DNA of 64,000 nucleotides, from assembly GCA_038114465.1 (NCBI GenBank), contig JAYNQW010000007.1, positions 323 to 64,322 on the forward strand. The letters are read 5' to 3'. The translations under genes were made by a program, and so were the position numbers. A model generated the notes under the pieces. That model ran no database searches and was not told where the DNA came from. It worked only from the letters and a program-made list of their open reading frames with translations. Of this stretch, positions 10,514 through 19,090 are shown piece by piece; position 1 is the stretch's first letter, and every line of letters starts with the position of its first letter. This stretch comes from Rhodospirillaceae bacterium (lineage in GTDB: Bacteria; Pseudomonadota; Alphaproteobacteria; Rhodospirillales; CALINB01).

Positions 10514-10833
10514 GATTTCCTTCGGAAAAACCCGGATTTACCCGGAAATTGATTAAGATCGGCAGCCCGATAGAACCGCCGGGAGACCATCCCTGTCTAG
10601 CACCCAGGACCGTAACAGGGCAAGAACGGGGCGGTCCGCGGGAGACTTCCGCTGACACGGCCTATTTTGCCTGTTTTCGGGATATTTCCCTGCCCGGACA
10701 AGCGCTTGCACTGATTCTAGGGATGTGTATAGTGCGCCGCACACAGCTCCTTGCCAAAGCGATTGCTGCGTAACTTTAAGGTTTGCGCTTTGGCTATGCC
10801 CTGAAGGGCTGAGACAAGCCATGAGGAGGACAT

Positions 10834-11310
10834 ATGTCTTATTATGAAAGCGTGTTTCTTGCGCGTCCGGATATTACGGCCGAACAGGTCGAGGGGCTCG
10901 CAGATTCATTTACCAAATCACTTGAAGATCAAGGCGGTAAAGTCGTTTCCCGGGAAAACTGGGGACTGCGCAATCTTGCCTATCGCATTAAGAAAAACCG
11001 CAAAGCCCATTACATCATGCTGAATATTGATGCACCGGGTCCGGCTATCCATGAAATGGAACGCCTGATGCGGCTGAATGAAGATGTCATGCGCTATATG
11101 ACGATTAAGGTCGATGAATTAAACGACGGCCCGTCAGTGGTCATGCAAAACAAATCAAGTCGCGATGAACGCCCGCGCCGGGATAATCGGGAGCGTGACG
11201 ATTCAGCTGAAGCGTTAATGCGCGCTGAAACGGATTTTAAAGAGGCCGACGATGCGACGGTCGATGCCAGCGGCAGTGATGCTGAAGGTGATAAAGGAGA
11301 TGAGTCATGA
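10834..11310 (+). CDS. rpsF: 30S ribosomal protein S6 (with acidic C-terminal tail)
   Basis: [14 protein letters not shown]-terminus typical of S6. Strong RBS gaggagga upstream. Overlaps the rpsR start. Confidence 0.95.
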   Translation: MSYYESVFLARPDITAEQVEGLADSFTKSLEDQGGKVVSRENWGLRNLAYRIKKNRKAHYIMLNIDAPGPAIHEMERLMRLNEDVMRYMTIKVDELNDGPSVVMQNKSSRDERPRRDNRERDDSAEALMRAETDFKEADDATVDASGSDAEGDKGDES

Positions 11311-11552
11311 GTGAAGAAAGAGGCGGTGGGCGCAGGCCTTTTTTTCGGCGCCGTAAATCATGCCCCTTCACGGGACCGAACGCGCAGAAAATCGACTACA
11401 AGGATACGAAACTCTTGCAACGTTATGTATCTGAACGGGGCAAGATCGTACCGAGCCGGATAACAGCCGTATCGGCGAAGAAACAACGGGTATTATCGCA
11501 AGCCATTAAACGGGCCCGGTACTTGGCATTATTGCCTTATGTTGTGAAGTAG
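11307..11552 (+). CDS. rpsR: 30S ribosomal protein S18
   Basis: Typical S18 features: [15 protein letters not shown], and the [10 protein letters not shown] and ARYLALLPY segments. Confidence 0.95.
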   Translation: MSEERGGGRRPFFRRRKSCPFTGPNAQKIDYKDTKLLQRYVSERGKIVPSRITAVSAKKQRVLSQAIKRARYLALLPYVVK

Positions 11553-11594
11553 CATGATCGACCGGCAGTTAAACGGCCGGCCGAAGCTCGGAAA

Positions 11595-12551
11595 ATGATG
11601 AACAAAGACACCCTGATAGCAATTGGCGCAGGCAGTTTAAGCGCCGTCGCGGCGCTGACATTCCAGCAAAAAGCGCCGGGCGGATTGGTCTTTGCCTATT
11701 TCGCCCCCTTGCCGCTGATGCTTATTGGCTTAAGCCTCGGCGCCGTAACGGGAACGATTTCGGCGATCGCCGGCGTCATTACATCGGCTTTGCTTGGCGG
11801 TTTGGTGGCATCGGCCCTGTTTGCCGTGCTGCATGCATTTCCGGCGTGGATCATTACCCGGCAATCACTTCTTAAGCAGCAAACACCCAACGGTCAGGTG
11901 CAATGGTACCCGATCGGTAACATCATCAGCCTTCTCGCATTGATGGCGGCATTTATGCTGACCATGGTGGCGATCGCCGAGTGGCAAAATCTTGACACTC
12001 TTCGGCAAAATTTTTCACGGCAATTCGATCAGACACTCGCTGTTTGGCTGCCGACGTTGACCGATCCTCAGCGGGCCGGCCTGGTAACAATGTTTATTAT
12101 GATATTTCCGGCGTTAATTGCCACATCGTGGCTTTTTATGACCGTCATCAACGGCATTATTGCTCAATCCATTCTCGTAAAAATGGATAAGAATTTACGC
12201 CCCCGGCCGGTTTATTCCGCTTTAGCCCTGCCCGAATGGCATTCATGGGCCGTTGTTTCGGCTGCCTGTCTCGCGTTGCTGGGCAGCGGCAATCTGGAAT
12301 TTATGGGACGCACTCTCGCGATTATCTTTTCCGTACCGTTCTTTTTTGTCGGTCTCGCGGTAGTCCACCGGTTAGCACGTCATTTGACGTTTCCGGGGTT
12401 ACTCCTCGCGGCAGTTTATATTTCGATATTTCTTTCACTATGGGCCGCATTGGTCGTCGCCATTATCGGGGTGATCGAACAATGGTTCGGCTTGCGCCAT
12501 CGGTTGCCGGCCCATAGACCCAACACCGGGTCAAATCAGGAGGACGAGTAA
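11595..12551 (+). CDS. Polytopic inner-membrane protein (DUF2232-like), conserved between rpsR and rplI in alphaproteobacteria
   Basis: Multiple hydrophobic helices, and a position between rpsR and rplI. The stop overlaps the rplI start. Confidence 0.6.
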   Translation: MMNKDTLIAIGAGSLSAVAALTFQQKAPGGLVFAYFAPLPLMLIGLSLGAVTGTISAIAGVITSALLGGLVASALFAVLHAFPAWIITRQSLLKQQTPNGQVQWYPIGNIISLLALMAAFMLTMVAIAEWQNLDTLRQNFSRQFDQTLAVWLPTLTDPQRAGLVTMFIMIFPALIATSWLFMTVINGIIAQSILVKMDKNLRPRPVYSALALPEWHSWAVVSAACLALLGSGNLEFMGRTLAIIFSVPFFFVGLAVVHRLARHLTFPGLLLAAVYISIFLSLWAALVVAIIGVIEQWFGLRHRLPAHRPNTGSNQEDE

Positions 12552-13237
12552 TGCAAGTAATACTTTTAGAACGAATAGAAAAATTGGGGCAAATGGGCGA
12601 CGTCGTGAACGTGAAAGCCGGATTTGCCAGGAATTTTCTGTTGCCTCAACAAAAAGCCTTACGGGCGACTGAAGAAAATATCAGCACCTTCGAAGCGCAA
12701 AAAGCAATGCTCGAAGCCGAGAACGCAAAACGCCGGGATTCGGCGTCAACAGATGCCGAAAAAGTGGAAGGCATGTTTGTGCCGCTCATCCGCCAAGCTG
12801 GTGATGCGGGTCAATTGTACGGTTCGGTGAACGCACGTGATATCGCGAATGAAATCAGCACCTCTGGTATTAACGTCGATAAACGTCAAGTCCGCCTCGA
12901 TCAGCCAATCAAAGCCCTCGGCTTATATCCCATTCGCATTGATCTGCATCCGGAAGTCAGCGTGACAGTAACGGCTAACGTGGCCCGTTCGGCGGAAGAA
13001 GCCGCGATGCAAGAAAAAACCGGTCAGGCTGTGGTTCGTACCGAGGACGGTGAAGTCGAACAGGCCGCACCTGAAGAGGTTGAAGCAGAAAAAATATTCG
13101 AAAACCCAGAAGAAGAAACTAAAAAATTGGCCGAGCAAACTGCTGAAACGACGGATGCAGCCGGTACGGAAGAAACGTCCGCCGAAACCGTTGAATCAGG
13201 TGAATCCGAAAAAGACACTGAAAAATCAAGCAGCTAA
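12551..13237 (+). CDS. rplI: 50S ribosomal protein L9 with long acidic C-terminal extension
   Basis: MQVILLERIEKLGQMGDVVNVKAGFARNFLLPQ is the canonical L9 N-terminus. About 78 extra E/T/A-rich residues at the C-terminus. Confidence 0.9.
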   Translation: MQVILLERIEKLGQMGDVVNVKAGFARNFLLPQQKALRATEENISTFEAQKAMLEAENAKRRDSASTDAEKVEGMFVPLIRQAGDAGQLYGSVNARDIANEISTSGINVDKRQVRLDQPIKALGLYPIRIDLHPEVSVTVTANVARSAEEAAMQEKTGQAVVRTEDGEVEQAAPEEVEAEKIFENPEEETKKLAEQTAETTDAAGTEETSAETVESGESEKDTEKSSS

Positions 13238-13257
13238 AACACCTTACTCCTGATTAA

Positions 13258-13290
13258 TAAAAACGGCGCGTTGAACGCGCCGTTTTTTGT
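13258..13290 (+). terminator. Rho-independent terminator after rplI
   Basis: Perfect GC-rich stem (cggcgcg / cgcgccg) with a 5-nt loop, followed by TTTTTT at 13283-13288. Confidence 0.7.
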
Positions 13291-13405
13291 TGCGCAGCCG
13301 AAATATAAAAATTTGTCAAAAATGAGCCACATCAATTCGAGCCATGATATAATAATGGATAATTAAAAAACGATAAAATCAATTGCACGGGAGCACCCAG
13401 GGATC

Positions 13406-14644
13406 ATGCTGCTGAGCAAATTGCTTGTTCGTTTAATTCAACGCGGCACGCTGAACGTGATCGACGCGTTCGGTGAAATTCACGTTTTTGGCCAAGGTGA
13501 ACCAACCGTCACCATTCAGCTAAATGACCGCTCCCTCCATTGGAAACTTTTCGTCAATCCGCTGCTTTATGCCGGCGAAGCGTACATGGACGAAAGCCTA
13601 ACAGTCGTCGAGGGATCGCTTTACGACTTTATCGCCCTGGTCGGCATGAACCGCGTTCACACCAACCCTCACCCTGTTTCCCGCCTGACGGCATTAGGTT
13701 ACCGGCTTTTAAAAAGGCTGCATCAATGGAACACAGCCCGGCGGGCACAGCGGAATGTCTCCCATCATTATGATTTATCCAGGGAGTTTTATGATCTTTT
13801 CCTCGACCCTAAGCGTCAATATTCCTGCGCCTATTATCCGAACGGCGATGAAGATCTCGAAACCGCACAAATGAAGAAGATTCAATTGATCGCTTCCAAA
13901 CTTCTAATCAAGCCAGGGCACAATGTTCTCGATATCGGCTCAGGCTGGGGCGGCCTATCGCTTTATCTCGCAAAAAAATTTGACTGCAACGTAACCGGCC
14001 TCACGTTATCGAAAGAGCAGTTTGACTACGCCATACCCCGTGCCCGAAATGCCGGACTGGCTGAAAAAACCCATTATCATTTGCGTGATTATCGGCAACA
14101 AACCGGGCATTTTGACAGGATTGTTTCGATCGGCATGTTCGAACATGTCGGCGTCAATCATTACGGCGAATACTTTGCAAAAGTCTCTGACTTGCTGACG
14201 GATCATGGTGTTGCCCTGGTCCATACCATCGGGCGCAGTGACGGTCCGGGCATTACCAACCGTTGGATTCAAAAATATATTTTTCCCGGCGGTTATATTC
14301 CGGCACTTTCTGAAATTGTGCAGGCCATCGAGAAAAGCGGCTTGATTATCACCGATTTAGAAGTGCTGAGAATTCATTACGCCAAAACACTGCGTCATTG
14401 GCGTGAAAGCTTTATGGCCAATTGGGGTCAAGCGGCCACACTATATGACAAACGGTTTTGCCGCATGTGGGAGTTTTATCTAGCTGCCAGTGAAGCCAGT
14501 TTTCATTATATGGATAATGTCGTTTTCCAAATCCAAATGGCAAAACGTCATGACGCCGTGCCGCTGGCCCGCGACTACATTATTGACCGCCAGCGCGAAT
14601 CAAACCGAGAATACCGTACCCGATCAGGATCACAGGCCGCCTGA
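13406..14644 (+). CDS. cfa: Cyclopropane-fatty-acyl-phospholipid synthase family methyltransferase
   Basis: HYDLSREFYDLFLD, the SAM motif VLDIGSGWGG, and the FEHVG and MWEFYLA motifs typical of CFA synthases. Confidence 0.85.
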   Translation: MLLSKLLVRLIQRGTLNVIDAFGEIHVFGQGEPTVTIQLNDRSLHWKLFVNPLLYAGEAYMDESLTVVEGSLYDFIALVGMNRVHTNPHPVSRLTALGYRLLKRLHQWNTARRAQRNVSHHYDLSREFYDLFLDPKRQYSCAYYPNGDEDLETAQMKKIQLIASKLLIKPGHNVLDIGSGWGGLSLYLAKKFDCNVTGLTLSKEQFDYAIPRARNAGLAEKTHYHLRDYRQQTGHFDRIVSIGMFEHVGVNHYGEYFAKVSDLLTDHGVALVHTIGRSDGPGITNRWIQKYIFPGGYIPALSEIVQAIEKSGLIITDLEVLRIHYAKTLRHWRESFMANWGQAATLYDKRFCRMWEFYLAASEASFHYMDNVVFQIQMAKRHDAVPLARDYIIDRQRESNREYRTRSGSQAA

Positions 14645-14668
14645 CCGGCCCCGATATCGGTTTTTTTT
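14634..14668 (+). terminator. Possible terminator after cfa
   Basis: Short GC stems (ggccg...cggcc and the ccgatatcgg palindrome) followed by a T8 run at 14661-14668. The stem is weak. Confidence 0.35.
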
Positions 14669-14747
14669 CAGAAACTTTCGGTTATCCCATCTTCGCACGT
14701 TATTAACATGGGGTGGATAACTTATACTTGGCATAGTCTCAGCAGCC

Positions 14748-16355
14748 ATGGCGACAGTAAGCATAGCAACAGCCGCACCCGACGAATCGACTGAATCAGG
14801 CGCCTCCTACAGAACGCTCCCGCACAACCTTGAGGCGGAGAAGGCGTTGCTTGGCGCGATTTTCGTCGACAACCGTGCCTATGAGCGGGTTTCAGACTTC
14901 CTGCACGCCGAACATTTCTTTCTGCCGGTTCATACGAAAATCTTCGAAGCCTGCGAACGCCTGATCGAACGCGGCCAAATGGCTGATCCGGTCACGCTGA
15001 AACCGTATTTCGAACAAAACGACATGCTTGCCGATATTGGCGGGCCGGCCTATCTGGTGGATCTCGCCGAAGCCGCCGTCACGATCATCAACGCCGGTGA
15101 GTACGGCCGCATCATCTATGACCTGCACCTCAAGCGCGAGCTAGTCACCCTCGGCGAAGACATGGTCAACCGGGTTTACAGCAATGAGATCGATGAAGGG
15201 GCCGCCCAGCAGATCGAAGTCGCCGAGCAGCACCTTTACGACCTCGCCACCGCAGGTGAATACGGCGGTGGTTTCGAAGCCTTTAAGGATTCGATCATTA
15301 AAGCCGTACAAATGGCCGAAGCCGCCCATAAGCGTGACGGGGCCCTCGCCGGCGTGACGACCGGCCTTGTCGATCTCGACAAATTGTTGGGCGGTCTGCA
15401 TCCGTCCGATCTGATTATTCTCGCCGGCCGCCCTTCCATGGGCAAAACGGCGCTCGCGACCAACATCGCCTACAACGCCGCTTATTCGTATTTACAATCG
15501 AATGGTCAAGAAGGTGCTGTCGTCGGTTTCTTTTCGCTTGAAATGTCGTCCGAGCAACTCGCTTCACGCATTATCACGGAGCAAATTAATATTTCCTCCG
15601 ATCGCATGCGTAAGGGTGAATTATCCTCTGATGAATTCAGCAAATTGGTTGTTGCCAGTCAGGAGTTGCACCGCGTTCCGTTTTTCATCGACGATACGCC
15701 CGCCCTCTCCGTGAGCGCGCTTCGGACCCGCGCACGGCGCCTGAAGCGTCAGCACAACCTCGGTATGATCGTGATCGATTACTTGCAACTGGTGAACCCG
15801 AGCCACGGCTCACGCAGCGACGGCCGGGTGCAGGAAGTCTCCGAAATCACCCGGGGCCTCAAAACCCTTGCCAAGGAATTGAACGTACCGGTTATCGCCC
15901 TATCGCAGCTGTCACGCCAGGTCGAACAACGCGATGATAAGCGCCCTCAGCTTTCCGATTTGCGCGAATCAGGGTCGATTGAGCAGGATTCCGATGTCGT
16001 CATGTTCATTTTCCGCGAGGAGTATTATCTGGAACGGGGTGCGCCGGCCCAAAGCCAGCATGAAAACGACGAACACTACATGAAGAAAGTCGAGCGGTGG
16101 GAGCAGCGCCTCATCGAAACCCGCAACTTGGCCGAAATCAATGTCGCGAAACAACGTCACGGCCCCATTGGCACCGTTAAGCTTCACTTTGAGGGAATGT
16201 ACACACGATTTTCAAATTGGGATCACGGTCATTCTGACCAAACCTCAATGTATCGACCGCCCGAGCCGGCTGCCGCCGTCCCGCCACCGCCCACTGGAGG
16301 GTACTCTCAGCCTGAACCGCCGCCAGAATCGTCCGACGACGACATCCCCCTTTAA
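14748..16355 (+). CDS. dnaB: Replicative DNA helicase DnaB with unusual Pro-rich C-terminal tail ending DDDIPL
   Basis: LPHNLEAEKALLGAIF N-domain, Walker A GRPSMGKT, and the IVIDYLQL, SQLSR and RESGSIEQDSDVV motifs. About 43 extra residues follow the canonical end. Confidence 0.95.
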   Translation: MATVSIATAAPDESTESGASYRTLPHNLEAEKALLGAIFVDNRAYERVSDFLHAEHFFLPVHTKIFEACERLIERGQMADPVTLKPYFEQNDMLADIGGPAYLVDLAEAAVTIINAGEYGRIIYDLHLKRELVTLGEDMVNRVYSNEIDEGAAQQIEVAEQHLYDLATAGEYGGGFEAFKDSIIKAVQMAEAAHKRDGALAGVTTGLVDLDKLLGGLHPSDLIILAGRPSMGKTALATNIAYNAAYSYLQSNGQEGAVVGFFSLEMSSEQLASRIITEQINISSDRMRKGELSSDEFSKLVVASQELHRVPFFIDDTPALSVSALRTRARRLKRQHNLGMIVIDYLQLVNPSHGSRSDGRVQEVSEITRGLKTLAKELNVPVIALSQLSRQVEQRDDKRPQLSDLRESGSIEQDSDVVMFIFREEYYLERGAPAQSQHENDEHYMKKVERWEQRLIETRNLAEINVAKQRHGPIGTVKLHFEGMYTRFSNWDHGHSDQTSMYRPPEPAAAVPPPPTGGYSQPEPPPESSDDDIPL

Positions 16356-16396
16356 AAATCCTTTGACGCGCGCGCCTGCCCGGCCAAGGATACCTC

Positions 16397-17509
16397 ATGA
16401 CAAATTCAAAGACTTTCGGCGCTCGCCTCACCATTGATCTCGATGCGATTGTTGAGAACTACAAACTTCTACGTGGCACATTCACCGGCGAAGAATGCGC
16501 CGGTGTCGTCAAGGCGAATGCCTACGGCCTCGGTGCCGATCACGTTGCGCCGACCCTATACCAAGCAGGGTGCAAAACTTTTTTTGTCGCCCATCTGAAT
16601 GAAGGAATTGCGTTGCGCGGCATCTTGCCGGAAGCCGACATTCATATTCTTAACGGCCCCCTGCCCGGCAGCGAAAGTTATTTCGCCGAACACCGCCTCG
16701 TGCCGGTTCTGAATAGCCTTGGTGCCATCGAAGCCTGGAAACATTTTGCACAATCTCAAAACGGGCGAAACATTCCGCCGTCAGATATTCACCTCGATTC
16801 CGGTATGTTGCGCCTCGGCCTGCCGCCGGATGAAATCAACCGGCTCATACAAGAACCCGAACGGCTCGACGGCGTCACGGTTAATTACTTCTTAAGTCAC
16901 TTAGCTTGCGCGACCGAACTCGAGAATCCACTCAATCAACAACACCTCGAATCGTTTTTGTCGGATGTAAAGATATTACCGGAAACAAAAAAATCGTTTT
17001 GCGGCTCGTCCGCCATTTTCATCAGCCCCGAATTTCATTTTGATTTAGCCCGCCCGGGGGCCGCTTTGTACGGCATCAATCCGCTTCCCGGCCGGCCCAA
17101 TCCGATGCGCCAAGTCGTTCGTTTGCAAGGGAAAATCCTGCAAGTGCGTGACGTTGACACCCCCCAGACCGTTGGCTATGGTGCGACACACCGGGTCACC
17201 CGGAAAGGAAAAATCGCTACAGTAGCCGTGGGTTACGCCGACGGCTTTTTCCGTTCTTTAAGCAATTGCGGTTGCGGATATGTCGGCGACATCCGAGTAC
17301 CAATCGTGGGACGCGTATCAATGGACCTCATCACACTTGATGTTACCGAAGTCCCCGAACAGCAACTTCAAACCGGCAGGCTGATCGATTTGATCGGCCC
17401 CCACTACGATATCGATGCCATTGCCGAAGACGCCGGCACGATCGGCTATGAAGTCCTCACGGCAATGGGCTCACGTTACGAGCGTGTCTACAGCAGCAAT
17501 AACGGATAA
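16397..17509 (+). CDS. alr: Alanine racemase
   Basis: PLP-lysine motif VVKANAYGLG, with the VGYG and SMD motifs near the C-terminus. 370 aa. Confidence 0.9.
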   Translation: MTNSKTFGARLTIDLDAIVENYKLLRGTFTGEECAGVVKANAYGLGADHVAPTLYQAGCKTFFVAHLNEGIALRGILPEADIHILNGPLPGSESYFAEHRLVPVLNSLGAIEAWKHFAQSQNGRNIPPSDIHLDSGMLRLGLPPDEINRLIQEPERLDGVTVNYFLSHLACATELENPLNQQHLESFLSDVKILPETKKSFCGSSAIFISPEFHFDLARPGAALYGINPLPGRPNPMRQVVRLQGKILQVRDVDTPQTVGYGATHRVTRKGKIATVAVGYADGFFRSLSNCGCGYVGDIRVPIVGRVSMDLITLDVTEVPEQQLQTGRLIDLIGPHYDIDAIAEDAGTIGYEVLTAMGSRYERVYSSNNG

Positions 17510-17514
17510 CGGTA

Positions 17515-18291
17515 ATGAATTTTCTCCAGCCGATCGGACGCGTGTTCCTTAATTTCCTTGCCGCCACCGGCAAGCTGAGCATGTTTACCGGTTCAGCCTT
17601 ATTACACTGTGTGCGCCCGCCGTTCTATTTCCGCATCATCGTCCATCAGATGATCGAGATCGGGTATTACTCCCTGCCCGTCGTTGGCCTGACCGCCATT
17701 TTCACCGGTATGATTCTAGCCCTGCAAAGCTACACCGGCTTCGCTCGCTTCTCCGCCGAAGGCGCCATTGCCAATGTCGTGGTTCTCTCCATTACCCGTG
17801 AATTGGGGCCGGTGCTGGCGGGACTGATGATCGCAGGCCGGATTGGTGCCGCCATGTCTGCCGAAATTGGCACCATGCGCGTGACCGAGCAAATCGACGC
17901 CCTGACAACCCTGTCGACCAACCCGATGAAGTATCTCGTCGCGCCGCGCATTATGGCCGGAATCCTCATGTTACCGATTGTCGTCTTGATCGCCGATATT
18001 ATCGGTGTGTTCGGCGGCTATCTGATAGCCGTCTACAAACTTGGATTTAATCCCGCAAATTACCTGAAGAACACCTGGGACTTTTTAGAGGCCATGGACG
18101 TGATCTCAGGCTTGGTCAAGGCCTCCGTTTTCGGCTTTATCGTCACCTTGATGGGCTGTTACCACGGCTACAACTCGAAAGGCGGCGCCCAAGGTGTCGG
18201 CACGGCGACAACGAATGCCGTGGTCTCGGCCTCAATTCTTATTCTCTCCATGGACTATGTCCTGACTGAACTGTTTTTTGCCGGAAAATAA
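17515..18291 (+). CDS. mlaE: Phospholipid/toluene ABC transporter permease MlaE
   Basis: 258-aa polytopic protein with MlaE-type motifs (ITRELGPVLAGLMIAGR, EIGTMRVTEQIDAL). Confidence 0.85.
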   Translation: MNFLQPIGRVFLNFLAATGKLSMFTGSALLHCVRPPFYFRIIVHQMIEIGYYSLPVVGLTAIFTGMILALQSYTGFARFSAEGAIANVVVLSITRELGPVLAGLMIAGRIGAAMSAEIGTMRVTEQIDALTTLSTNPMKYLVAPRIMAGILMLPIVVLIADIIGVFGGYLIAVYKLGFNPANYLKNTWDFLEAMDVISGLVKASVFGFIVTLMGCYHGYNSKGGAQGVGTATTNAVVSASILILSMDYVLTELFFAGK

Positions 18292-19067
18292 TGAACGACG
18301 CCCAACCCAAGATCCGTCTTAGCAACGTGCACAAAGCCTTCGGCGCGAAAACGGTCTTGAACGGTGTCGAGCTCGACGTCAATAAAGGTGAATCCGTTGT
18401 CATCATCGGCGGATCCGGCAGCGGCAAATCAGTTACGCTGAAATGCATCCTCGGACTCCTGGAAGCCGATTCAGGCAGCATTAAAGTCGACGGCGAAGAG
18501 ATGGCGAATGCAAGCGCTGAAGACCGAGAACGCGTCAATACGAAAATCGGCATGCTCTTTCAGGGCGCCGCCCTTTTCGACAGCCTTTCCGTTTGGGAAA
18601 ACGTCGCTTTTGGATTGCTGGCACAAAAAACAGTATCCCGCGTCGAGGCTAAAGATATCGCCATCGCGAAGCTTGCCCAAGTGGGCTTAAGTGCCGGTGT
18701 CGCCGAATTATCGCCGGCTGAGCTGTCTGGCGGCATGCAAAAGCGAGTCGGCCTGGCCCGCGCCATTGCCATTGAACCGGACATCATTTTTTTCGACGAG
18801 CCGACGACCGGCCTCGATCCGATCATGGCGGATGTTATCAATAACCTGATCGTCAAAACGACCCGCGAAGTCGGTGCGACCGCCCTCACTATCACCCACG
18901 ATATGGTCAGCGCGCGTAAGATCGCCAATCGAATCGCCATGCTGTATCAGGGCAAAATTATCTGGTTTGGACCGACTGAAGAGATCGATCAGTCAAACAA
19001 TCCCTATGTCGATCAATTTATTCACGGCCGCGCCGAGGGACCCATTAAGATGGGGCTCAGAGCTTAA
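18291..19067 (+). CDS. mlaF: Phospholipid ABC transporter ATP-binding protein MlaF
   Basis: Walker A GGSGSGKS, signature LSGGMQKRVGLARA and Walker B IIFFDEPT. The start overlaps the mlaE stop. Confidence 0.85.
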   Translation: MNDAQPKIRLSNVHKAFGAKTVLNGVELDVNKGESVVIIGGSGSGKSVTLKCILGLLEADSGSIKVDGEEMANASAEDRERVNTKIGMLFQGAALFDSLSVWENVAFGLLAQKTVSRVEAKDIAIAKLAQVGLSAGVAELSPAELSGGMQKRVGLARAIAIEPDIIFFDEPTTGLDPIMADVINNLIVKTTREVGATALTITHDMVSARKIANRIAMLYQGKIIWFGPTEEIDQSNNPYVDQFIHGRAEGPIKMGLRA

Positions 19068-19090
19068 ACGGCCCCGAAAGGAAGACGTCA

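Noticed and set aside
10555-10680. GC-rich structured segment considered as SRP (4.5S) RNA or a cobalamin riboswitch.
   Set aside because: The invariant SRP domain IV sequence (GGUCCGGAAGGAAGCAGC-like, with a GGAA tetraloop) is absent on both strands. The resemblance of ccgggagacc to a B12 box is partial, and the downstream gene (rpsF) is not a plausible B12-regulated target.
16141-16437. ORFs of 98 aa (+) and 85 aa (-) overlapping the dnaB 3' end and the dnaB-alr gap, considered as a possible small gene explaining the odd DnaB tail.
   Set aside because: Both are out of frame or antisense to dnaB, Arg/Pro-rich and without an RBS. The dnaB frame itself is continuous through the tail, with no sign of a frameshift junction.
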